From positions 1 through 61,627 of the IMG/VR virus record IMGVR_UViG_3300023109_000023: DNA of 61,627 nt; one strand, written 5' to 3'. The first letter of the stretch is position 1. Every line of letters starts with the position of its first letter. Of this stretch, positions 55,389 through 61,627 are shown piece by piece. The translations under genes were made by a program, and so were the position numbers. Under the pieces are notes generated by a model that saw only the letters and a list, made by a program, of their open reading frames with translations, searched no databases and was not told where the DNA came from. This DNA comes from a virus (Duplodnaviria > Caudoviricetes).

Positions 55389-56126
55389 TCATGAATTTAC
55401 CCCTTCTACTACAAATCCTGTTGCGTCTTTCTTTGCCATGCCTTTTTCGATTAAGCCAACGACAACACCTTTCTTGTCAAGAAAACGCAAATCAGTTTCA
55501 TCACCATTGACGACCTCAAAACCTTTCCATGTCTTGGGTAATTGATTGCGAAATACAACGGCTACATTACCACCCATTAAAAGAACCATTTCGCATTTCT
55601 TGTCGTTATTCTCTGAACGACTAAAAGTCAAATGATAATTGGAAGGAAATTTTGCCTCGCCCTTGACAAAAGGTTTGCCGAGAAAAGAGCACATTCTCTT
55701 GAATGATTTTGTATAATCATAAAATTGAGTTGATGAATGCTTTTCGAGAATAGTTGCACCATCTTCGTTGATCTCATTTTCCCACATGATGTCGCTTGTA
55801 AGATTAGGACGAAATACAGCTTGCATACTTTTCTTTTGCGCTGACTTAATTGAAGAAGTAATCTCTTTAGATAATTTCTGAAAAAATTCGAGTTTGTTCT
55901 CGAAGAACAACTTTGTCTTGTTCACTCGCGAATCTTGGACAGATCCCATTTGACCACGACCTGCCGTATTGAGACAAGATGCCGTGCAACCCTTTGAGCG
56001 CCATTGGCAAGTTTCGTATCCTGATAAATTTGCTGGGGCAAGGTGAATGCCTTTAGTTATGTAACCTAATTTCTCGCCTTTGAGAATTTTTTGATTACCT
56101 GATGTGAGAAGTGTTGTTTTAATCAT
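55389..56126 (-). CDS. Cys-cluster phage protein (gp88-like, radical-SAM-like)
   Basis: CQWRSKGCTASCL, FRPNLTSDI, QFYDYTK, NYHLTFSRSE, VNGDETDLRFLD; start moved to MIKTTLL. Confidence 0.65.
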   Translation of the reverse strand: MIKTTLLTSGNQKILKGEKLGYITKGIHLAPANLSGYETCQWRSKGCTASCLNTAGRGQMGSVQDSRVNKTKLFFENKLEFFQKLSKEITSSIKSAQKKSMQAVFRPNLTSDIMWENEINEDGATILEKHSSTQFYDYTKSFKRMCSFLGKPFVKGEAKFPSNYHLTFSRSENNDKKCEMVLLMGGNVAVVFRNQLPKTWKGFEVVNGDETDLRFLDKKGVVVGLIEKGMAKKDATGFVVEGVNS

Positions 56127-56310
56127 AAGTACATAGTAGGGCACTTTTCCAAATACAGCAAGAAAAAAGATCAATTAAATGAAAATAGTTGTAAGTCCTT
56201 GCGTATCAAGCACTTACGCGGGGCGGCCCGCCGTAAGTCGTTGAATATCAACGGTTTAAAAAAGTTAAACTTCTTCTTGACTATCGGCCCTGGTGGAGGT
56301 AGGGTAAGGT

Positions 56311-56523
56311 ATGAAAAATACAATAACACCATACGAAGTGGGCCGACTACTCAGCGAAGCCCAGGAAAGAATCAACGATTCGCTCTCATGCGCAGACGAA
56401 CTAACTCCCGCAGACTATGAAGAAATCACCAGGTGGAGAGATGATGTCGAGAAGATTTTCGCTATACTGGTGGATGAGATGTCATGGGTGGCTGACGGCA
56501 AGCATATGCTAACGAACCACTAA
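56311..56523 (+). CDS. Hypothetical protein
   Basis: 70 aa; single gene between repeats 7 and 8 with own promoter. Confidence 0.65.
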   Translation: MKNTITPYEVGRLLSEAQERINDSLSCADELTPADYEEITRWRDDVEKIFAILVDEMSWVADGKHMLTNH

Positions 56524-56638
56524 TGCCGTAAGTCCTTGCGTATCAAGCACTTACGCGAGGCGGCCCGCCGTAAGTCGTTGAGTATCAACGATTTACGAGG
56601 TTTCTTACCTAGGGCCCGCCCGCAGGGCGAAAGCTTAT

Positions 56639-56755
56639 TTACTTAAATTCTATTTCCTCTCTGCCGTCAAACAGAGAAGTAAACATGAGAAAGAAAGCAA
56701 AGAAGGTCGGCATTAGAAAAAACAAACAAACGAAAAATTCTAATATACTATCCAT
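56639..56755 (-). CDS. Small membrane peptide (38 aa; not in ORF track)
   Basis: MDSILEFFVCLFFLMPTFFAFFLMFTSLFDGREEIEFK; start overlaps the upstream gene end. Confidence 0.5.
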   Translation of the reverse strand: MDSILEFFVCLFFLMPTFFAFFLMFTSLFDGREEIEFK

Positions 56756-57023
56756 TGTAAACCCCCTTCATTTGATCGGATATACCCAAGTCTACGAAGT
56801 TGTCCTCTTCTTCGATGTCCTCGGCATTTGGTGAATGATGAAGCAATGAAGACTCATCTTCAATGTCTGACTTTTGCGCATCTAGTAAACCATGCTCACC
56901 CAAAACCTCTTGAGACTTAATCTCTGATACAAAATCTTCGAGAGAAGTTTTAAGACCAAGACCTTTGGAGTCTTGGACGGCGTGTTTAATGATGGCGATT
57001 CTTTGATCTTGTGTTAGTGTCAT
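56748..57023 (-). CDS. Hypothetical acidic protein
   Basis: 91 aa. Confidence 0.6.
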   Translation of the reverse strand: MTLTQDQRIAIIKHAVQDSKGLGLKTSLEDFVSEIKSQEVLGEHGLLDAQKSDIEDESSLLHHSPNAEDIEEEDNFVDLGISDQMKGVYNG

Positions 57024-57050
57024 AATAATAAGGTAATGTAGTTTTTGGTT

Positions 57051-57410
57051 TTATGCAAACTTTTTTTCTCTTTTTTCTTCGCACATTGCAATGAGTAAAT
57101 TCTCGTGAGCTTTTCCGTCAAGTTGAAATTGTCTCATGAGTTTAGAAATGTCAATAGGTTTTTGCCATCCTAGCACATCATCATATAAAGCAAGAGGAAC
57201 TTTCTTCCTGTCTCCGTCCTCATCAAATTGAGTGCCAAAAACTGCAACTTCAAAAGTTTCATTCTGATAAGTACCATAAGGCAAAGACCAATCATCTTCT
57301 ATGTCGCCCGCAATAACAGAAAATAAATATCCGTTGTCAAGCTCAAGTGATGCAGTCCATCTTTGAATATCTTTGTGGTGTGTGAATTTTAAATCATTAA
57401 ATGTTTTCAT
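57051..57410 (-). CDS. Hypothetical phage protein
   Basis: 119 aa; FNDLKF...DNGY.FSVI...YG...FEVAV. Confidence 0.7.
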   Translation of the reverse strand: MKTFNDLKFTHHKDIQRWTASLELDNGYLFSVIAGDIEDDWSLPYGTYQNETFEVAVFGTQFDEDGDRKKVPLALYDDVLGWQKPIDISKLMRQFQLDGKAHENLLIAMCEEKREKKFA

Positions 57411-57446
57411 ATAATAAAATATATACTGTTAGTTATTGTCTGTCAA

Positions 57447-57653
57447 CTAAAACTTTAATGCCTGAATAGAAGTATTCTCTCTGCACCATTTTCTCAAAGG
57501 ATGATGAGCTTTCGCACTCAAGTGAGTCAAATACTGTTTCCCATTAGTTGCCATAAGCATGAAGCCTTTAGCTGTTGCACGGATGTCTTTGATCTCAGGA
57601 CATTTACGCAGTTGTTTTAGTATCTTTAAGTTTCCACTATCTCTATGTTTCAT
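57447..57653 (-). CDS. Small basic protein (weak HicA-like pattern)
   Basis: 68 aa; own promoter. Confidence 0.6.
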   Translation of the reverse strand: MKHRDSGNLKILKQLRKCPEIKDIRATAKGFMLMATNGKQYLTHLSAKAHHPLRKWCRENTSIQALKF

Positions 57654-57828
57654 ACTAATAATATAAGCTTGTTAGGTGGTGGTTGTCAAATATAATTTAC
57701 TTAATGATGTAAGTCGTTGACCATCAAGCACTTACGCGGGGCGGCCTTCCGTAAGTCGTTGAATATCAATGCTTTAAAGAAGTGAAACTTTTTCTTGACT
57801 TTTGCTCGGTGCAGGCGTACATTTAGGT

Positions 57829-58158
57829 ATGGAATTAATAATAAACGATATAGACCCTAGCGAAGATACATTTCTCGCATCAATCTCAAACGACGACTGC
57901 CAGGAAATGATCCTGACCTGCTCCTTCTACACAGACGAGCAGGAAGAATTGTACGGGGATCAAGTTTCCGCAATTCATGTGGTCGCCTACTTCGATTCTG
58001 TTCAGGAAATTACAGCTTTCGGGGATGATGGATTACCGATGACCCCACCTGTTGAGCTAGTAAAATCAGCCATGGATCAGCTCAAAGATCTTGAGCTAAC
58101 AATTGAATCTAGAGAATGTGATGTTGATTTTTCCCCTCGATACTACGATCTAATTTAA
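57829..58158 (+). CDS. Hypothetical acidic protein
   Basis: Start moved to MELIIND; single gene between repeats 9 and 10. Confidence 0.65.
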   Translation: MELIINDIDPSEDTFLASISNDDCQEMILTCSFYTDEQEELYGDQVSAIHVVAYFDSVQEITAFGDDGLPMTPPVELVKSAMDQLKDLELTIESRECDVDFSPRYYDLI

Positions 58159-58282
58159 TCTCATAAGTCGTTGATTATCAGGCACTTATGCGGGGCCGCC
58201 CGCTGTAAGTCGTTGAATACCAACGATTTAAAAAATGAAGGTTTCCCTTGACTTTCTGAGCGTTTGGAGGTAATTTATTTGT

Positions 58283-58525
58283 ATGAATACAATAAACAAT
58301 ATACAACAAATGACCGCCCAGGAACAATCAGATTATATTATGGGCATAGTGATGAACGCCGTACCAAGCATTGATGACCACGTCGGTGACATTATAGGAA
58401 TTATTGACGATTTGGTCTGTGAGGATAATTGCACAGACAGCGGGTATGATTTCCAGGCTGGAGTCAGAGACATGAGGTTTGAGAACGACGATTTCATTCT
58501 CGAAGTCGAACTACCAGTAAATTAG
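58283..58525 (+). CDS. Hypothetical acidic protein
   Basis: 80 aa; single gene between repeats 10 and 11. Confidence 0.65.
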   Translation: MNTINNIQQMTAQEQSDYIMGIVMNAVPSIDDHVGDIIGIIDDLVCEDNCTDSGYDFQAGVRDMRFENDDFILEVELPVN

Positions 58526-58620
58526 TAAAATCCCCTAAGTACTTGATTATCAGGTACTTATGCGGGGCGGCCCGCCGTAAGTCGTTGACTACCAAGGACT
58601 TATGAGATAAACCTTCCCAC

Positions 58621-58650
58621 AAAAAAGCCCCTCCGTTTGGAGGGGCTTTC
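58621..58650. terminator. Rho-independent terminator after the DUF932-like gene (possibly bidirectional)
   Basis: AAAAAAGCCCCTCC-GTTT-GGAGGGGCTTT. Confidence 0.85.
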
Positions 58651-58670
58651 TATATTTGTCAAGCCTTTAT

Positions 58671-59534
58671 TTAAGCTTCTACCAATTCACCTTCAACTAC
58701 TTCCATGTCAAGAACTTGCTCGACATGGTTTTTAATGTCGAAGCTGACCTCACCATCAAGAACGGAATGCAAGGCATCCGAGCGATTAGGTAAGGCAACT
58801 AAGTTTCCCTTGTATACCTCGGTGAAAGCATTGTAAAGAGAATTTACATTGCGATCCCAAAATTCGGGATGATCGGAGGATTCCCATTGATTGACAACAT
58901 CCATGATTTTAGACTTTGGCAAAGCACCTGCCTTGCAAGCTCTAATGACAAGATCATTAGCATGGGAACTTGAAAGATCGAAATCCTTGTAGGCATTGAT
59001 GCGATTGTCTTGACCATTCCAAAAGCCAAATAATTTACCCAATGCACGATTGATAGTAAAATCAAGATCTTGCAAAATGTTACGAGTATGGCGACGCGCT
59101 AATTTAATAGTATTGGTAAAAATAAGATTGTCGCAAACAAAGGGGGCATCACCTGCGCACAATCCCGCAGGAAATGTTTTGTCGTGAGAGTTGCGAAGAC
59201 CAACTACACAACCACGATCAGATGCCTTACGATTAGGGTGATCGACTGAGAATAAACCAAAATAGTGGTTATCGTTGCGAGCAAGAGAGTGAACCTCATC
59301 TTGAATGGTGAAACCATTGGTTTCTAAAAAACCTTTGGTGCGATGAACCAACGCGTCGTGAGCGATTGGCTGATAAGAGACGGCTCTCTCACCATTGGCA
59401 TTTTCTTTCTTGCGATACTCTACAGGAGGAGTAGGAACTCCGACTACTTGATCGAAATCTACGAGAGTACGATTGCCTCCGCAGATGTGAAGGTTTACTT
59501 TGGGTGAGTTGTTTGTATTTTCTGTTGTATTCAT
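58671..59534 (-). CDS. DUF932-family protein
   Basis: YQPIAH, VGLRNSHDKT, FVCDNL, RRHT, SLYNAFTE. Confidence 0.8.
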   Translation of the reverse strand: MNTTENTNNSPKVNLHICGGNRTLVDFDQVVGVPTPPVEYRKKENANGERAVSYQPIAHDALVHRTKGFLETNGFTIQDEVHSLARNDNHYFGLFSVDHPNRKASDRGCVVGLRNSHDKTFPAGLCAGDAPFVCDNLIFTNTIKLARRHTRNILQDLDFTINRALGKLFGFWNGQDNRINAYKDFDLSSSHANDLVIRACKAGALPKSKIMDVVNQWESSDHPEFWDRNVNSLYNAFTEVYKGNLVALPNRSDALHSVLDGEVSFDIKNHVEQVLDMEVVEGELVEA

Positions 59535-59572
59535 GATAGTAATAATATAGATGTGATTGTTTTTGTCAATAG

Positions 59573-59818
59573 TTAATTGCGAGAAAAGTAGTCTTTATCG
59601 TCAAATTTCCCTTGTTGGGTTTTTTCGTAGGCACTTGCCTTTTCAGCGATTGATCTCAAGACTAAGCCAATGACTGTAACCATGTCAATTTGATCGGAGT
59701 CATTTTTATCAATATTGGGCATAATGAATTCATCCCAAATATATTCCATTGCATTATTCATGGCTGATTCTGAGTCTAAGATTTTATCTTCTGAGTTGTC
59801 TGAATTAGGAATAAACAT
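59573..59818 (-). CDS. Hypothetical protein
   Basis: 81 aa; GGAGG upstream. Confidence 0.6.
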   Translation of the reverse strand: MFIPNSDNSEDKILDSESAMNNAMEYIWDEFIMPNIDKNDSDQIDMVTVIGLVLRSIAEKASAYEKTQQGKFDDKDYFSRN

Positions 59819-59930
59819 TTAATGCCTCCTTGTATTTTTGTTTGCGGTGTAAAGTCTTACTCTTGACTTTGTGAGGGCGACTCTTGGTAAAGACAATCGC
59901 TTTTCTTATCTTGATTTCTCTTGCTTTCAT
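59805..59930 (-). CDS. Small very basic protein (41 aa)
   Basis: MKAREIKIRK...HRKQKYK; start 6 nt after the -10 box. Confidence 0.6.
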   Translation of the reverse strand: MKAREIKIRKAIVFTKSRPHKVKSKTLHRKQKYKEALNVYS

Positions 59931-60073
59931 ATAAGTATAGTAAGCTATATAAGTAATTATAGCAAGAAAAAAGTTAAGTAAATTTGCGTTTTGTTGTAAG
60001 TCGTTGAATATCAACGGGTTGTGCGGGGCGGGCTGACCTAACCCCTTGATAACCAAGGAGTTAGGCCTTTTAC

Positions 60074-60244
60074 CTAAACTGTAATGTGGCGAGTTCTTTT
60101 CTCGGCTCTATAGAGCTGATATAGTAAATCGTGGTGGGACCTTTTTAAGTTGAAGTAATCAGGGGTGTTTTCCCCATATATTTCTCTGACGGCCAATTGG
60201 TACCCAAGTTTACGAATGTTTTCTCTGAGAGTTTTAATTTTCAT
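60074..60244 (-). CDS. Hypothetical protein (56 aa; not in ORF track)
   Basis: MKIKTLRENIRKLGYQLAVREIYG...; fills the gap between the upstream gene and repeat 12. Confidence 0.5.
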   Translation of the reverse strand: MKIKTLRENIRKLGYQLAVREIYGENTPDYFNLKRSHHDLLYQLYRAEKRTRHITV

Positions 60245-60249
60245 TTTTT

Positions 60250-60483
60250 TTATACTTTGTTAAGTGAGACGATGCGATCATAACGAAAGGAGCGAACGGC
60301 ACCCCTGTTGAAACAGTAGCTTCTAAAGCCTGCAACAGCGAGACCTTCTTTGGCATTACCGAATTCGTTTTCGTGTTTCGGTTTCGTGATGGTGTACATC
60401 TGCGTTTTACCGTCTTTAGTATTGTAAACAACACTGTATACGGGGCGTAATAATTTAAGCAACTTCAATAACATTTTCTTCAT
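60250..60483 (-). CDS. Small SH3/WYL-like protein
   Basis: C-terminal GAVRSFRYDRIVSL. Confidence 0.55.
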   Translation of the reverse strand: MKKMLLKLLKLLRPVYSVVYNTKDGKTQMYTITKPKHENEFGNAKEGLAVAGFRSYCFNRGAVRSFRYDRIVSLNKV

Positions 60484-60709
60484 GTTGATCCTTTCTTATG
60501 GGGTTTAAGTTGTAGTGATTGTAAGCATCAGTCACTTCCTGTGCTGATTCGAAACTTACAGAAATTAAATCTCTCTCTTGGCTTGGATGCCATGGTGTCT
60601 CTGATTCCTCAAAGAATAGTAACCAAAGTTCTGATTCCTCGTCCCATTCGGGCAAACCCAAAGGCTTCCCGATACAAGTTGCTTCTATGTAATTGTTCAT
60701 GATTATCAT
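60455..60709 (-). CDS. Hypothetical acidic protein
   Basis: About 81-84 aa; start 60709 or 60700. Confidence 0.6.
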   Translation of the reverse strand: MIIMNNYIEATCIGKPLGLPEWDEESELWLLFFEESETPWHPSQERDLISVSFESAQEVTDAYNHYNLNPIRKDQHEENVIEVA

Positions 60710-60744
60710 AATGTACTACTTAGTTGTTGGTGTCAACCCCTTAA

Positions 60745-60966
60745 TTAACAAGGAATTGGTGAGTCTTCGTCTGTCTCAATGGTTATTCCAAAATGAGACG
60801 CGAGATCCGCAATAGCTGAATCTTTATTGAAGAAATTAAATGCATGAGTTAAAAGTTCCTCTTGCTCTTGGCCCGTGTGCCCATCCCTGAGCTCATCGTA
60901 TATCTCGAAGATATTCATGTTCCAATTCCATCCCTCTACTCTTGATTCTATTTGTGATTGTGTCAT
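60745..60966 (-). CDS. Hypothetical acidic protein
   Basis: 73 aa; TAATG coupling to the upstream ORF. Confidence 0.6.
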   Translation of the reverse strand: MTQSQIESRVEGWNWNMNIFEIYDELRDGHTGQEQEELLTHAFNFFNKDSAIADLASHFGITIETDEDSPIPC

Positions 60967-61127
60967 TATTTTGTCCTTTCGTTTAGATTGTCTGCTATCT
61001 TTGCAAGACGAAGAATTTCTGCTTGTACAAACTTTTTAGCTTGTGGTTCTGCCTTTGGGTTCTTCAGCACCTCAATCATTGGAAGAATGAGAGCTGACCA
61101 TTTTGGTGTCATATCAATTGTTTTCAT
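60966..61127 (-). CDS. Hypothetical protein (53 aa; not in ORF track)
   Basis: MKTIDMTPKWSALILPMIEVLKNP...; own promoter. Confidence 0.6.
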   Translation of the reverse strand: MKTIDMTPKWSALILPMIEVLKNPKAEPQAKKFVQAEILRLAKIADNLNERTK

Positions 61128-61268
61128 GTTTTATAGTATGCTTTAATTCTTGGATTGTGTCAAATATAATCTTGTGAATTGCGTCAGTTAATTCAGTTGG
61201 TGCGTCTGCGTCTGATAAATAGTCTCCAACCCTGTCCTGAAGTTTTACTTGTAGTTTATGTATTGGGT

Positions 61269-61475
61269 TCATTTTGCTAAAGCGACATTCACCTCAATCT
61301 CATGTTTTTTTTGCTCAACTAAATCTTTTAGATCATAGCTAATACTGCAGAGAGTACTACTGATATTCTCCATCACCTTGACGAGATCCCCCATGTTTGC
61401 GTGTCTACGATTTTCTAACATCTCGTCAGCGACTCCGTCAATGGCACATCTAATTGCTTTTAATTCTTCTTTCAT
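61269..61475 (-). CDS. Hypothetical coiled-coil protein
   Basis: 68 aa. Confidence 0.6.
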   Translation of the reverse strand: MKEELKAIRCAIDGVADEMLENRRHANMGDLVKVMENISSTLCSISYDLKDLVEQKKHEIEVNVALAK

Positions 61476-61627
61476 TTAATTATACTTTACTCCTTCTAAT
61501 TCTGATTCCAACCATAATATGGCTTTTTGTCTGATATCACAGTGTGATACTTCAGTAAATACATTGTCGTTGACTCGAAGATAAAGATCGTTTCCGTTCT
61601 TTTTTTCTGTCTCTAAGTCGTTTTCTT
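61476..61627 (-). CDS. Partial hypothetical protein (start outside the window)
   Basis: Open frame ...NDLYLRVNDNVFTEVSHCDIRQKAILWLESELEGVKYN ending in TAA at 61476-61478. Confidence 0.5.
   Translation of the reverse strand, partial: ENDLETEKKNGNDLYLRVNDNVFTEVSHCDIRQKAILWLESELEGVKYN

Larger units (their letters stand above)
51661..60063 (+). repeat. Twelve dispersed ~67-bp double-palindrome intergenic repeats
   Basis: Consensus TAAGTCGTTGATTATCAAGCACTTA-CGCGGGGCGGCCCGCCG-TAAGTCGTTGAATACCAACNACTTA, starting near 51661, 52360, 52879, 53310, 53898, 55139, 56191, 56528, 57709, 58164, 58536 and 59996 (last one degenerate). Confidence 0.95.
50785..61163. promoter_or_regulatory. At least 17 sigma70-type promoters abutting start codons in the early arm
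   Basis: TTGAC[AT]/TTGCT[AG]-N17-TANNNT-like-N5-8-ATG. Plus-strand -35 boxes at 50785, 51043, 51770, 52086, 52499, 53028, 56277, 57795, 58248; minus-strand copies before ATGs at 54860, 55074, 56126, 57410, 57653, 59534, 59930, 61127. Confidence 0.85.

Noticed and set aside
52234-56420. ORFs 52234-52419, 52669-52938, 53318-53551 and 56199-56420 (LRRAA/LRGAARRKSL peptides)
   Set aside because: Their similarity is just translation through the intergenic repeat; they overlap better-supported genes and promoters.
51661-60063. Repeats as a CRISPR array
   Set aside because: Intervals are about 270-1400 bp, variable and gene-containing; repeats are ~67 bp; no cas gene in the window.
1-61627. tRNA/rRNA genes, integrase, tail sheath
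   Set aside because: None recognised by eye; intergenic spaces are short and accounted for. A tRNAscan/Infernal run would be needed to exclude small RNAs.

Overview
Fragment of a large tailed dsDNA phage genome, probably a siphovirus (no tail-sheath gene recognised); the host cannot be determined from this window. Bases 1-50.5 kb are a mostly minus-strand morphogenesis region: terminase, portal, protease/scaffold, decoration protein, major capsid, three tail-tube-like paralogs, Ig-like/fiber proteins, a phage sigma factor, PhoH, nucleases and a putative GAF-type holin. Bases 50.8-61.6 kb are an accessory/early arm of small ORFs. Main discoveries: (1) A giant tape-measure ORF (at least 3916 aa, 11750 to beyond the left edge, absent from the ORF track). 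It carries about 1400 aa of unrelated globular modules punctuated by eight copies of a G-[LYFI]-V-P-N-[FY] peptide. These include one clear and one probable ADP-ribosyltransferase-fold domain and a PD-(D/E)xK nuclease-like domain, making it a candidate virion-injected effector polyprotein. (2) Twelve co-oriented ~67-bp double-palindrome repeats divide the early arm into blocks of co-oriented genes, with every strand switch at a repeat, like a shufflable cassette array. (3) Most early genes have their own sigma70-type promoter 5-8 nt before the ATG (apparently leaderless), while late genes share an upstream GTGTA motif. All calls come from manual translation and motif recognition; no database searches were run.
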